A stretch of DNA of 64,000 nucleotides, taken from NCBI GenBank assembly GCA_964516495.1, contig CAZEZF010000002.1, positions 1,231-65,230 on the forward strand, in the 5' to 3' direction. The position numbers and the translations under genes were made by a program. The DNA is from an uncultured Acidimicrobiia bacterium (GTDB taxonomy: Bacteria; Actinomycetota; Acidimicrobiia; Spongiisociales; Spongiisociaceae). Below the pieces are notes generated by a model. That model searched no databases, was not told the origin of the DNA, and saw nothing but the letters and a program-made list of their open reading frames with translations. Below are positions 10,634 through 21,215 of the stretch, piece after piece; the first letter of the stretch is position 1; each line of letters opens with the position of its first letter.

Positions 10634-11518
10634 ATGAACAGAACTCAACTCAAGAAGGCCAAAGAGGGTCAAGGGTTCATAGCGGCTCTTGACCAGAGCG
10701 GCGGCAGCAGTCCGAAGGCCCTCCAACGGTACGGATTATCGGAAGACGGCTATTCAACCAGTGATGAGATGTTCGATCTGATCCACGCCATGCGGACCAG
10801 GATCATCACCAGTCCGAGCTTCGGGGGCGACCGCCTGTTCGGGGCGATCCTCTTCGAGAACACCCTGGGCCGTGAGATCGAAGGCCGTAACTCGGCTGCC
10901 TACCTATGGGAGGTGAAAGGCATTGTACCGTTCCTGAAGGTTGACAAGGGTCTGGCGCCGGACCGCGATGGTGTCCAGGTCATGAGACCCATTCCCGACC
11001 TTGACGCTCTGCTGGAGTTCGGCCGAGAGAAGGGGGTCTTCGGCACAAAGATGCGTTCGGTTATCAAGCTGGCGAACCCCGCCGGTATCGAGGCCAACGT
11101 CGAGCAGCAGTTCAGGCTGGGAGAACGTATCCTCGAAGCGGGTCTGGTTCCTATCCTGGAGCCGGAGGTAGATATCAACAGCCCTCAAAAGGCTGAAGCG
11201 GAGGAGATGCTCAAACAGGCCATTCTTGATCGGCTCGGCAGGCTCGGGGACGCAGGGGTCCTCTTCAAGCTCACCATACCCAGCCAGGACGACCTGTACC
11301 GCGACCTCGTCGAGCATCCGAACGTCGTACGTGTGGCGGCGCTATCAGGTGGTTACACCCATGACGAGGCCTGTGAGGGATTGTCCCGCCAGAAAGGGAT
11401 GGTCGCCAGCTTCAGCAGGGCGCTCCTCGAAGGGCTCTCGGTAGACCAGACCGACGACCGGTTCGACCAGGTTCTGGATCGTTCGGTAGCGAACATATTC
11501 GCCGCGTCATCCACCTGA
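10634..11518 (+). CDS. fba: Fructose-bisphosphate aldolase class I
   Basis: IAALDQSGGSSPKALQRYG and Schiff-base region typical of bacterial class I FBA (Glycolytic family). Confidence 0.75.
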   Translation: MNRTQLKKAKEGQGFIAALDQSGGSSPKALQRYGLSEDGYSTSDEMFDLIHAMRTRIITSPSFGGDRLFGAILFENTLGREIEGRNSAAYLWEVKGIVPFLKVDKGLAPDRDGVQVMRPIPDLDALLEFGREKGVFGTKMRSVIKLANPAGIEANVEQQFRLGERILEAGLVPILEPEVDINSPQKAEAEEMLKQAILDRLGRLGDAGVLFKLTIPSQDDLYRDLVEHPNVVRVAALSGGYTHDEACEGLSRQKGMVASFSRALLEGLSVDQTDDRFDQVLDRSVANIFAASST

Positions 11519-11742
11519 GATACTGTTATGTCAAAGAAGGTGAGAGGCGCTCATCTTGTCGTTTGATCGAAGAAGATGATGGGCGAAACGGTCAGATTCG
11601 GTCGGCGACCCGCCCCCGAAGAGGTCATCGGTACTCGAAGCGGCGCTCGCCGGGCCGGTCCGGGTCCTCTCTTCACCGGCTTGGCTTGGGGTGCTCGCAG
11701 TCGGTACCCGTTCGATCCATCCGATCTGATAACGTCATAGCC

Positions 11743-12849
11743 GTGTCGGGAAGCAGCATCGCCGGACTAAAGCGGCTAACCCTTCGAGAGCGCCACGACG
11801 CACTCGGCGCCCGCTTCGCACCCTTTGCCGGTTGGGAGATGCCGCTCCAGTACCAGGGCACGGTGGCGGAGCACCAAGCTGTGCGTGATGGGGTGGCGGT
11901 TTTCGACGTTTCGCACCTGGGTCGGGTCTGGGTGGGCGGGGCAGGCGCCGACCGGGTTCTACGTTCGGCAACCACCTTCGATGTGACCTCGATACCGGTG
12001 GGCAAGGCCCACTACAGCCTCTATTGCAATGACGCAGGAGGTATCGACGATGACGTTTTCGTCTATCACCTTCCGCGCGATCGCTGGCTCATTGTCCACA
12101 ATGCGGCTAATGCGAAGCAAGACCTCGAGCGTCTCCATAACGCGTTCACCGGAGAGGCGGTCGACGTAACCAGCGATACGGTGATGCTCGCGGTCCAGGG
12201 TCCCGATGCGTTACCCCTGCTCGGCGCCGTCTTCGGGGATAGCCTTGCGGATATTGCACGTCATGGCTGCCTCGAGTTCAACTGGCAAGGATCATCCGTA
12301 CTCTTCGCTCGTACCGGTTACACGGGGGAAGACGGTGGGGAGTGCATTGTAGGCGCCGATCGGGCCGGTGACCTCTGGGATGCTTTGATGGAGGCGGGCG
12401 CCGCCCCGGCCGGCTTGGGCGCGCGCGACACGTTACGTCTTGAAGCCGCCCTGCCGTTACACGGCAATGACATCGATCACACCGTTAACCCTTTCGAGGC
12501 GGGACTCGGGTTTGCGGTGAGTCTTGAGGACGGTCGACCGTTCCAGGGTCGAGAGGCGCTGGTGAGCCTCAAGGAGGGACCGCTCTCCCGGCGTCTGGCT
12601 CACCTGAAGGCGCGTGGACGGGGCGTCCCCAGGGCGGGCTTCCCCGTGTACGAGCCGGACAGCGGTGAAGCTGTCGCGGTGCTTACCAGTGGAGGATTCA
12701 GCCCCAGTTTGCGACTCGGGATCGGGATGGCGTACCTCCCTGTCCGTTTGGCTAGAGCCGGGGTTAGGTTGCAGATTGATATTCGGGGTCGCGAGCTGCC
12801 CGTGGAGGTGGTGAGCCGACCCTTCTACCGAAAGTCGAGGCAATCATGA
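11743..12849 (+). CDS. gcvT: Glycine cleavage system T protein (aminomethyltransferase); start assigned to GTG 11743
   Basis: GWEMPLQYQG...AVFDVSHLG motifs; followed by gcvH-gcvPA-gcvPB. Confidence 0.8.
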   Translation: MSGSSIAGLKRLTLRERHDALGARFAPFAGWEMPLQYQGTVAEHQAVRDGVAVFDVSHLGRVWVGGAGADRVLRSATTFDVTSIPVGKAHYSLYCNDAGGIDDDVFVYHLPRDRWLIVHNAANAKQDLERLHNAFTGEAVDVTSDTVMLAVQGPDALPLLGAVFGDSLADIARHGCLEFNWQGSSVLFARTGYTGEDGGECIVGADRAGDLWDALMEAGAAPAGLGARDTLRLEAALPLHGNDIDHTVNPFEAGLGFAVSLEDGRPFQGREALVSLKEGPLSRRLAHLKARGRGVPRAGFPVYEPDSGEAVAVLTSGGFSPSLRLGIGMAYLPVRLARAGVRLQIDIRGRELPVEVVSRPFYRKSRQS

Positions 12850-13247
12850 AAAGGGACTACGACATTCCCGACGGACTCCTGTACACAGAAACCCATGAAT
12901 GGGTGCGTTGCAGTGAAAGCCATCCCGGAGAGGCCACGATCGGAATAACCGACTTTGCCCAAGACGAGGTGGGTGATGTTGTATATGTAGATTATCCGAA
13001 CGCCGACTCCGTAGCGGCTGGAGACATGTGCGCGGAGATCGAATCCACTAAGACCGTCGCCGAGTTATACGCTCCGGTAGATGGCGAAGTCATCGCCACC
13101 AACGCGAACCTGGAAGGTCAACCTGAGTTGGTTAACCATTCACCATATGATGAAGGTTGGATGGTCAGGATCAGGGTCGAAGATGATGATCAGCTTTCGG
13201 GTCTCTTGAACGCCGGTTCCTACCGCGCCTTGATCGAAAAGGGTTGA
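12846..13247 (+). CDS. gcvH: Glycine cleavage system H protein
   Basis: Lipoyl-lysine motif ESTKTV, 133 aa, ATGA overlap with gcvT. Confidence 0.85.
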   Translation: MKRDYDIPDGLLYTETHEWVRCSESHPGEATIGITDFAQDEVGDVVYVDYPNADSVAAGDMCAEIESTKTVAELYAPVDGEVIATNANLEGQPELVNHSPYDEGWMVRIRVEDDDQLSGLLNAGSYRALIEKG

Positions 13248-14623
13248 AGCGCTTGGTATCTTCTCCACCCGCCGGATCATTCCACCCCTATATCCCCGCT
13301 ACGGAAGATGATCAGGCCCGGATGCTCAGGCGAATAGGCGTCTCCGATGTAGACGCCCTTTTCGATGATCTGCCCGAAGCCATGCGGGATCCGAAGATCA
13401 ACCTGGCGCCTTCCTTGACGGAGCCCGAACTCGTAGCGTTTATGGAGGATCTTTCCGTCGTCAATGAGTCCCCGGCGCGGCCTTCGTTTCTCGGCGCCGG
13501 CGCCTACCGTCGTTTCATTCCGGCGATCACCGCCAACCTGACCTGGAGATCGGAGTTTGCAACCTCATACACGCCTTACCAGCCGGAGATCAGCCAGGGA
13601 ACCTTGCAGGCGGCTTTCGAATTCCAGTCGGTGGTGTGCGAATTGACCGGCATGGATGTGTCGAACACCGGTCTATACGACGTGGGTAGCTCGACCGCCG
13701 AGGCTTGTCTCCTGGCTACACGAGTAACCAGACGACGGGCGGTTCTCCTCCTGGAACCGATCCATCCCGGAACCGCCGATGTGGTGAGAACCTACGCCCG
13801 CGGCGCCGGGTTAAGGGTCGATGTGGCGAGCGCGCCGGACGCGTTGACCACCGAGCATGCCTGCCTCGTGGTGCAGCAACCGGATTTCCTGGGCGCCATT
13901 GTGGATTTGGCCCCCCTCTCCGAGGCGGCCCATGCGAAGGGAACCCTGTTGGTAGCGATCGCCGATCCCTTCTCCTTGGGTTTGCTACGAGCGCCGGGGG
14001 ACGTCGGCGCCGACATCGTTACCGGGGAAGGTCGCGACCTGGCCGGTCCACCGAACTTCGGAGGACCCTCTCTCGGTCTCTTCGCAGCCCGTACCAGGTT
14101 TCTACGACAGATGCCGGGTCGCATCGTCGGGCGCACTCAAGAACTGCATGCCGCACCCGACGGAGGCGGCGCACGGCGCACCGGGTACATACTTGCTCTG
14201 CAAGCTCGCGAGCAGTTCATCCGGCGAGAAAGGGCCACTTCCAACGTTTCCACCGCTCAATCTCTGATCGCGGTGGCTTTTACCATCACCTTACAGGCGC
14301 TCGGTCCCCATGGCCTTCGGCAGTCCGCCGAACTGTGTTACCAGCGGGCGCACGACGCGGCGGCCCGGATCGCCGCCCTGCCCGGATACAGTGTTCCGGA
14401 TCGAGGGCCCTGGTTTCAGGAGTTCCTGGTGCGAGGGCCGCTTCCCGCCTGGCAACTCGCGGCTCGTCTTGCGGAAGAAGGCGTCACCGCCGGACTGGAT
14501 GTTGCGGCGCGTCCGGAGCCCGAGGCGCGCGATGCGCTGCTCTTTGCGGTGACCGAGGCCACGCCGGATGCCCATGTCGACACCTTGCTGGAGGCGCTGG
14601 AGAAGATCGGAAGGGAGAAGTGA
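13244..14623 (+). CDS. gcvPA: Glycine dehydrogenase (decarboxylating) subunit 1
   Basis: N-terminal YIPATEDD...MLRRIG..DALF pattern of GcvPA, 459 aa. Confidence 0.8.
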   Translation: MKRLVSSPPAGSFHPYIPATEDDQARMLRRIGVSDVDALFDDLPEAMRDPKINLAPSLTEPELVAFMEDLSVVNESPARPSFLGAGAYRRFIPAITANLTWRSEFATSYTPYQPEISQGTLQAAFEFQSVVCELTGMDVSNTGLYDVGSSTAEACLLATRVTRRRAVLLLEPIHPGTADVVRTYARGAGLRVDVASAPDALTTEHACLVVQQPDFLGAIVDLAPLSEAAHAKGTLLVAIADPFSLGLLRAPGDVGADIVTGEGRDLAGPPNFGGPSLGLFAARTRFLRQMPGRIVGRTQELHAAPDGGGARRTGYILALQAREQFIRRERATSNVSTAQSLIAVAFTITLQALGPHGLRQSAELCYQRAHDAAARIAALPGYSVPDRGPWFQEFLVRGPLPAWQLAARLAEEGVTAGLDVAARPEPEARDALLFAVTEATPDAHVDTLLEALEKIGREK

Positions 14624-14625
14624 GC

Positions 14626-16098
14626 ATGACCAAACCAACCGACGATGACTTCGGCGCCCGGTTGAGCTTCGACCGGGGTTCGCCTGGTCGTCGCGCGGTT
14701 GACATTCCCTCCTGGGGCGAGGATGAAACGCCGCTACCGGACCGGCGTCTGTTGCGCGATACGGTCCGCCTACCTGAGATGGGCCAGGGTGAACTGGTCC
14801 GGTATTACACCGCCATGTCCACCCGGAACTTCGGTATCGACTCCGGCGCCTACCCGTTGGGCTCCTGCACCATGAAGTACAACCCGAAGGTTAATGACGT
14901 GGTGGCGTCGCTACCCGGTTTCGCCCGAGCTCATCCCCAGGCTCCGGCCGGGGAGGTTCAGGGAACGTTGCGCATCATGTTGGAATTGCGCCAAGGCTTG
15001 AGCGAGCTTACCGGTTTACCGCACGTCAGCATGGCGCCGGCGGCAGGCGCCCATGGCGAACTCGCCGGAGTGTTGATGATTACCCGCGCTCTCGAAGATC
15101 GGGGGGAACTAGAACAGCGGCGCCGGATACTGGTTCCCGATTCGGCTCACGGCACCAATCCGGCCACCGCCGCGATGGTCGGTTACAAAGTGACCCAGAT
15201 ACCTACCGGCGCCGACGGTTCACTTGATCGCGCCACCCTCGAGAACGAACTCGACGAGACGGTCGCCGCGGTGATGGTAACCGTTCCCAATACCCTCGGA
15301 TTGTGGGAAAACGGCATCGAACGGGTCGCCGAAATGGTTCACGACGTGGGAGGTTACGTCTATGGGGACGGCGCCAACTTCAACGCCGTCATGGGCCGGG
15401 CGCGCTACGGGGATCTGGGTTTCGATGTGGTGCACCTCAACCTTCATAAGAGCTTCAGCACCCCCCACGGCGGTGGTGGTCCGGGGGCCGGACCGGTCTG
15501 CTGTAGTGACGAACTAGCCCCTTACCTCCCGGCGCCGGTGGTGGAGGAAGGCGAGGACGGCATGGTGCGATTGGCAACCCCCGCTCACAGTATCGGCCGG
15601 CTACAGCAATTCCACGGTAACGCGGCCGTCCTGGTCCGCGCCTACTCCTACCTACGAGCCCTCGGTCTCGAGGGGCTGCGAGCCGCCTCGGGGCAAGCCG
15701 TCCTCAACGCCAACTACGTGCGGGCATTGCTCTCCGGTCACTACGAACTGCCCTATGACCGCCCGGTACTTCATGAGGTGGTGTTCTCGGGAACCCGCCA
15801 GCGTCGCGAGTTGGATGTGCGGACCTATGACATAGCGAAGCGGATCATCGATCACGGATTCCATCCTCCCACCGTCTACTTCCCGCTGATTGTCGAGGAG
15901 GCCTTGATGATCGAACCGACCGATACGGAGTCGTCCGAGGCGATCGAAGGACTTGTGGAAGCCATGATCGCCGTTGCCGAGGAAGCGAAGACCGATCCCG
16001 AAACGCTGAACGGCGCTCCCTGGACGGCCCCTATCGGGCGTCTCGACGAAGCCACCGCATCCCGCAGACCGGTGCTCCGTTGGGTCGCCTCGGAGTAA
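14626..16098 (+). CDS. gcvPB: Glycine dehydrogenase (decarboxylating) subunit 2; real start ATG 14626 (the 797-aa track ORF has a spurious Arg-rich N-terminal extension overlapping gcvPA)
   Basis: CTMKYNPK, PLP-lysine region HLNLHKSFSTPHGGGGPG; ATG 2 nt after gcvPA stop. Confidence 0.8.
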   Translation: MTKPTDDDFGARLSFDRGSPGRRAVDIPSWGEDETPLPDRRLLRDTVRLPEMGQGELVRYYTAMSTRNFGIDSGAYPLGSCTMKYNPKVNDVVASLPGFARAHPQAPAGEVQGTLRIMLELRQGLSELTGLPHVSMAPAAGAHGELAGVLMITRALEDRGELEQRRRILVPDSAHGTNPATAAMVGYKVTQIPTGADGSLDRATLENELDETVAAVMVTVPNTLGLWENGIERVAEMVHDVGGYVYGDGANFNAVMGRARYGDLGFDVVHLNLHKSFSTPHGGGGPGAGPVCCSDELAPYLPAPVVEEGEDGMVRLATPAHSIGRLQQFHGNAAVLVRAYSYLRALGLEGLRAASGQAVLNANYVRALLSGHYELPYDRPVLHEVVFSGTRQRRELDVRTYDIAKRIIDHGFHPPTVYFPLIVEEALMIEPTDTESSEAIEGLVEAMIAVAEEAKTDPETLNGAPWTAPIGRLDEATASRRPVLRWVASE

Positions 16099-16108
16099 TC
16101 GAGCCGAA

Positions 16109-17227
16109 TCACGATGCCGTTCGACGGATTGTGTAACTCTCGTTGTTGAACCAGACCCCGCCGTGTCGCTCCATCACAGTGCGGGTTGCCTTGATGTAGG
16201 CGCCCGACGCCACCGCATCGGCCATCCGTCGCTCGTCTATCTGCGCTACATATGCGGCGGCGTTCCAAGCCGCCAGGATCGACGGCGTGGCGATGTGTTC
16301 CTGTGCCTCGACCGCCATCGATCGCATCGTGTAGCGGAATATAGAGGCGCTATCTTCCAGAGGTTCCATCACCAGGTTACCCCTTCCCGACAGGCGCCGT
16401 GAGGCTTCGGCGAGGAGAGCGTGGCGATCGGATCGGAAGGGGTCTTCTCCTGGCCACAGGTTCCTGATGATCTCGATGCCGGGATCGTGCCCGTAGGAGT
16501 GTATACCCAACAGGCGCCCTCCCGGGGCCAGCGCCTCGGCTAGCGGCCGGATGACGGTACGCACCTTGTGTTCCGAGGTGGTGCGGGCTCGATAGGGCTG
16601 GGATGCGATGATCAGATCGTAGGCGCCCCGGTAGTCGTCGCGCTCCGGCAGTACCCGGCGCAGTATGAACTCGCGGTCCTTGCGATAGATCAGATGGACG
16701 GACGGTCTTCTGTAGATCGGATTGCCCGTCACGCTGCTGGTTCGTATCTGCCAGTCCTCGGTTACCGAACCGAGGGTTGCCCTGATCTGGCGGGCGAAGT
16801 CCACCGTGGTGGATCCCTCCAATGCGGTGGTGCGCCACGACAGCCGGGGCTTGGTCGGGCCCGGCCGGAGATCGGGGGCCTCGCCGTAGGTCATGTTGGT
16901 GACCACGAACACCATTTCAGGATGTTCATGAAAACGGTCAGGCAACTTCTCCAGCGCCAGACGCACGTCTTCCAGGCTTATCTCCTTGCCCACCACCAAC
17001 CATGGGACATGCGTAAAGGAGGCGTGCAGGTCGCGCATCACATCGGTTAGAACACTGGCGTCACCCATTCCCGCATCGAACACGCGTAGAGCGTCCGGGC
17101 CGGGATTTACGAGATCCGCCTCTTGGGCGATACGAGCCGCCACCTCCGCTTTCTCGGTGGTGGTGGTCACGAACATCATGTAGGCGGCTCGGCTGTCGAA
17201 GAAACGAGGCCGGTTCTTCTCTTCCAT
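16109..17227 (-). CDS. Hypothetical protein, possibly class I SAM-dependent methyltransferase fold
   Basis: VFDAGMGDASVL resembles MTase motif I; otherwise no confident assignment. Confidence 0.3.
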   Translation of the reverse strand: MEEKNRPRFFDSRAAYMMFVTTTTEKAEVAARIAQEADLVNPGPDALRVFDAGMGDASVLTDVMRDLHASFTHVPWLVVGKEISLEDVRLALEKLPDRFHEHPEMVFVVTNMTYGEAPDLRPGPTKPRLSWRTTALEGSTTVDFARQIRATLGSVTEDWQIRTSSVTGNPIYRRPSVHLIYRKDREFILRRVLPERDDYRGAYDLIIASQPYRARTTSEHKVRTVIRPLAEALAPGGRLLGIHSYGHDPGIEIIRNLWPGEDPFRSDRHALLAEASRRLSGRGNLVMEPLEDSASIFRYTMRSMAVEAQEHIATPSILAAWNAAAYVAQIDERRMADAVASGAYIKATRTVMERHGGVWFNNESYTIRRTAS

Positions 17228-17279
17228 GTGCGGTACCTCGATATCCTTCTACAACCGGGTTAACGGTACTCTCTCCGGG

Positions 17280-18449
17280 ATGGTGTACGAACCTCCTCCG
17301 GCTATGGCTGTTCCCCGCCCGTTTCGACCTACCTATGCCGAGATCGATCTAGCGCGTCTAACCTCCAACTACCGGGCGATCGAGCGGGCAGTAGGGGCCA
17401 ACCGGATGGTTCCGGTACTCAAAGCCAACGCCTATGGACACGGTCTGATCCAGGTTGCCCGGCATGTAGAGTCGCTGGGTGCGGCCGGATTGGCGGTAGC
17501 GTTTCTTGAAGAGGGGGAGTTGCTCCGGAGGGCGGGGATACACTGTCCGATCCTGGTGATGGGCGGGATCGACGGGCGCCAGATTTCGGACTTCCTGCGC
17601 TACGACCTGACCATGACAGCCTCATCAACTCACAAGCTGAGGGAGGTCAACCGGGTGGCTGCCCGGTATGGGAAGGTCGCCAAGGTCCATTTGAAGGTCG
17701 ATACCGGCATGGGTCGGATCGGGATGCGTTCCGATACCGCCCCGACCATGTTCGACCTCGGCCTGCGCTCCCCCAACGTGCGGGTTGACGGGGTGTACAG
17801 CCACCTCGCCACCGCCGACCGCAGGGATCCGGAGCAGACGCGGCAGCAGCTTCGAGAGTTTCTCGGGTGCGTTTCTTTCTACCGCTCCCGCGGCCTTCCC
17901 ACCCCGAAGCTACATATAGCCAATTCGGGCGCCATCCTCCAGCATCCCGATTCGTACCTCGATCTGGTGCGTCCCGGCCTCCTGCTATTCGGTGTCTATC
18001 CATCAGAGGAGGTTCGGCGAACGATAGAGGTGAAACCGGTGCTGAGTTGGAAGTCGCGGGTGGTGTTCTTCAAGGTTCAGCCGGCAGGTCGCCCGATCGG
18101 GTACGGCGCCGGATGGGCGCCTCGCAGGGACACGAGGGTGGTGACCGTACCCGTGGGTTACGGTGACGGATACTTCTACTCCCTGTCGGATCGAGGCCGG
18201 GTCATCATCGCCGGCCGCCGGTATCCGATCGTCGGCGGTATCTGTATGGACCAGTTCATGGTCGACGTCGGACCCGACGGAGAGGTCTACAACGGTGACG
18301 AGGTGGTCCTGATCGGATCACAGGGTGACGGATCGGTCAGTGTGAGCGATGTGGCTCGTTGGGCGGGGACGATTCCCTATGAGGTACTCACCAACATAAA
18401 CACCCGCGTCGGGCGACGTTACGTCGAATGCGGAACCACCACCTCGTAA
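17280..18449 (+). CDS. alr: Alanine racemase
   Basis: PLP motif VLKANAYGHG, C-terminal domain conserved; start placed at MVYEPPP. Confidence 0.8.
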   Translation: MVYEPPPAMAVPRPFRPTYAEIDLARLTSNYRAIERAVGANRMVPVLKANAYGHGLIQVARHVESLGAAGLAVAFLEEGELLRRAGIHCPILVMGGIDGRQISDFLRYDLTMTASSTHKLREVNRVAARYGKVAKVHLKVDTGMGRIGMRSDTAPTMFDLGLRSPNVRVDGVYSHLATADRRDPEQTRQQLREFLGCVSFYRSRGLPTPKLHIANSGAILQHPDSYLDLVRPGLLLFGVYPSEEVRRTIEVKPVLSWKSRVVFFKVQPAGRPIGYGAGWAPRRDTRVVTVPVGYGDGYFYSLSDRGRVIIAGRRYPIVGGICMDQFMVDVGPDGEVYNGDEVVLIGSQGDGSVSVSDVARWAGTIPYEVLTNINTRVGRRYVECGTTTS

Positions 18450-19378
18450 CCCTCGGCCTCCGGTTCGGCGTCCACCAACTCCGCCGGGAAGCCCGGCGCT
18501 CGCAAATCCAGACCGCAAGCATCTTCGAGGAGGCGGACGACTTCCGAGGACCAGGCCCGCGATCCGTAGGCCTCTCGACCTTTCCGGAATATTTTCGTTA
18601 CAAGTGGCGAAACCTCGAGAGGGACATCGTGGAGATCGGCGAGTTGCTGGAACAGCGATAGATCCTTCACTACCAGGTCCATGGTGAAGTTGATGTTGTA
18701 GCTACCGTTGAGGATCACCTGGGACTCGGTTTCGTGGACGAACGAGTTACCGGAACTGATCCGGATGCCTTCGTATACAGCCCCTAGATCCAACCCGTTT
18801 CGCGCTGCCACCGTCATTGCTTCACCCAGCGCTACCAAGTGGACGGAAGCGAGATAGTTGGTCACCACCTTGAGTACGGAGGCGGCGCCCAAGCCGCCCA
18901 CATGAAGGATACGCCGTCCCATCGCGGTCAGGACAGGCATATTCCGCTCGAAATCCTCGCGTGTCCCGCCGACCAGAATCGATATGTTTCCGGTCGCGGC
19001 CCGGTGGCATCCTCCCGAGACCGGCGCCTCCACGGGGCGGGCGCCCGACGATGCGACCAGGTCACCGAGGCGGCGGACCTCGGATTCGTCGGTGGTGCTC
19101 ATCTCCATCCATGTTTTCCCCGGTCCCAACCCGGCGATCACGCCTTCGGCGCCTTCCATAACCCAACGCACCGCGTCCGGTGACGGCAAGCAGGTGATGA
19201 CGACATCGCAACTGCGGGCCAACTCGCGGTTGGTGTCGACCCACTCGGCGCCGGAGTCCAGGAGAGGGCGCGCAACTTCCCGGTCAAGGTCCCTGACGGA
19301 CATCCGAAAGCCGTTTCGCAGCAGGCTGCCGGCCAGCTTTCCCCCCAGGTTGCCCAGCCCGATGAATCCCACCCTCAT
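18419..19378 (-). CDS. NAD(P)-dependent oxidoreductase, 3-hydroxyisobutyrate/6-phosphogluconate dehydrogenase-like
   Basis: N-terminal Rossmann MRVGFIGLGNLGGKLAGSLLRNGF and HIBADH-like body. Confidence 0.7.
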   Translation of the reverse strand: MRVGFIGLGNLGGKLAGSLLRNGFRMSVRDLDREVARPLLDSGAEWVDTNRELARSCDVVITCLPSPDAVRWVMEGAEGVIAGLGPGKTWMEMSTTDESEVRRLGDLVASSGARPVEAPVSGGCHRAATGNISILVGGTREDFERNMPVLTAMGRRILHVGGLGAASVLKVVTNYLASVHLVALGEAMTVAARNGLDLGAVYEGIRISSGNSFVHETESQVILNGSYNINFTMDLVVKDLSLFQQLADLHDVPLEVSPLVTKIFRKGREAYGSRAWSSEVVRLLEDACGLDLRAPGFPAELVDAEPEAEGYEVVVPHST

Positions 19379-19717
19379 TGTTACCTCCTCCAGCCGATTT
19401 GATGTTGCGGTGAGTGATGGTATTCCTGATCATGGATCGGCGCGGTCGTCCACAGGGTCCCATTCGAACGCACGTCATGTCGCTCCATCCGGTGGATCAT
19501 TCCGGATACGCCTATCTATCCCTACCATGGGAATCCCATCTCTACCGGCCTGGTCGTTCGGAGAATTACGGAGAAGCAGTCGATATCACCCGGTGGCGCA
19601 TTTGGTGTGATAGCCTCAATCAACCGATGAATGGTCACACCATAGGTATAAAGTCCGCCAGAAGGGTGGCCATCAATCCGGAATTGAGGTCGGTTGCGAG
19701 CGAAGGGATGGAATGTA

Positions 19718-20737
19718 ATGCCCCGATTGTTGTTCCTGGTATCGAGTGCGCGAGAAATGAAACTTGCCGATGGCACTACGACCGAGACCGGGTATTTCGC
19801 CGATGAGGCGCTGACGCCATACGAACGGTTCGTGGAGGCGGGCGTAGATGTGGTGGTCGCCACCCCGGATGGCCTATCGCCCTACGCCGATCCCTACGGG
19901 TTGGAAGAGATATTCCATTATCCGGATGCTGACGAGGACTTTCTCAACAGCATCACCCGGACTTTCGCCCATGACATCGACGACATTCGCCTCACCCTGC
20001 ACCATCTCACCGAACTCGGCATGATTTCAGCTCGTCGGGTATTCGATCGCCTCAAAACAGCAGGTATGCATCCGATCGAGGCCCGCAAACTGGTAGCGCG
20101 GGCAGCAGCCGACTCTTGGCGTGACGATGAGCAATTCATCGATTCGCTATTGTCGGAAGATCTCCCCGATTCGATCACTCGCACCGACCTCGAAGCCGCC
20201 CTCGGCGAGGTCCTGGCCGACAGCCAATCGGAATCCCAGCGTGTGAAGGGCGCCTTGGACTCCCTTCCCGGCTTCGTTTCGCCCGCCGACCTATCGACCA
20301 TGACCGACGAGGAGATCGGCGAGTTCGACGCGGTATTCGTACCCGGAGGCCATGGGCCCATGGTGGATCTGGCGGACAACCCCGACGTTACCCGGGTAAT
20401 TCAGATCCTGCATCAGAAACAGGCGTCGATCGCCTCCGTTTGCCACGGACCCGCTTTCCTACTCTCGGCGCCCGCCAACCTCGACGGTCAATGGTTGTTC
20501 GACGGTTACCGGGTTACCTCCTTCACCGACGAGGAGGAGGACCAGACCAGGCCCGGCCAAAAGGGTCTGTCGTGGTATCTCGAGAGCGCATTGCGAAACG
20601 CAGGAGCGGTATTCGACGACGGGCGGTCTGCCTGGTCCTCCCATGTGGTGGTGGATCGCAACCTCATCACCGCCCAGAACCCCGGCTCCGCCGACGCGGT
20701 AGCCGATGCGGTCCTCAAGAGCCTCGACGCACTCTGA
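19718..20737 (+). CDS. DJ-1/PfpI (type 1 glutamine amidotransferase-like) family protein with insertion
   Basis: VFVPGGHGPMVDL...ASVCHGPAFL nucleophile-elbow region. Confidence 0.6.
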   Translation: MPRLLFLVSSAREMKLADGTTTETGYFADEALTPYERFVEAGVDVVVATPDGLSPYADPYGLEEIFHYPDADEDFLNSITRTFAHDIDDIRLTLHHLTELGMISARRVFDRLKTAGMHPIEARKLVARAAADSWRDDEQFIDSLLSEDLPDSITRTDLEAALGEVLADSQSESQRVKGALDSLPGFVSPADLSTMTDEEIGEFDAVFVPGGHGPMVDLADNPDVTRVIQILHQKQASIASVCHGPAFLLSAPANLDGQWLFDGYRVTSFTDEEEDQTRPGQKGLSWYLESALRNAGAVFDDGRSAWSSHVVVDRNLITAQNPGSADAVADAVLKSLDAL

Positions 20738-20753
20738 ACTGAGGTGGATACAG

Positions 20754-21173
20754 ATGCCTGATACAGTCGAAAGGTTCTGGGCCGCGATCAGGGAAGGCAA
20801 CGTCGACGGAGCTATGGAGTTGGTCTCCTTCGAGGCCACCATTGATCTGACGCCTGCCAACGTCAAGGGGGGCAAGGACGAGGCGCGGGGATTCTTCGCC
20901 GACACCGTGGCGGCTTTTCCTGACCTGCTGCTCACCATCAAGAACCATTTCATAGGGACCGACGGGACCGCGGTTACCGAGATGAAGATGGAGGGCACCC
21001 AGGCCGCAGATTATCTAGGAGTGGTAAACCAGGAGAAGCACATCGATCTCGACCAGGTGTGGTTGCTCGGCGTGGCCGACGGCTTGATAACTTCGATACG
21101 GGGGTTCTGGGACCAGAACATCCTTTATCGTCGGCTGGCGGTCAAGCGCCTGGACGCAGTGTCGATCGTGTGA
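20754..21173 (+). CDS. SnoaL-like / NTF2-like superfamily protein
   Basis: About 140 aa, ERFWAAIREGNVDGAMELVS... typical ketosteroid-isomerase-like fold proteins. Confidence 0.5.
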   Translation: MPDTVERFWAAIREGNVDGAMELVSFEATIDLTPANVKGGKDEARGFFADTVAAFPDLLLTIKNHFIGTDGTAVTEMKMEGTQAADYLGVVNQEKHIDLDQVWLLGVADGLITSIRGFWDQNILYRRLAVKRLDAVSIV

Positions 21174-21215
21174 AGTGGACCATATGAGATGGAGCTATAA
21201 CCAAGGAGGGAATCG

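Noticed and set aside
11519-11742. Possible glycine riboswitch in the 224-nt leader upstream of gcvT
   Set aside because: The conserved aptamer blocks (GGAGAG, ACCGAAGGGGCAA, CUCAGGCAAAAGGAC) could not be found on the sense strand. Only weak resemblance (cccgaagagg) was seen, so no call was made.
13705-14625. N-terminal 307 codons of the 797-aa track ORF (Arg/Pro-rich) overlapping gcvPA
   Set aside because: Out-of-frame shadow of gcvPA in a high-GC genome. The real GcvPB starts at ATG 14626.
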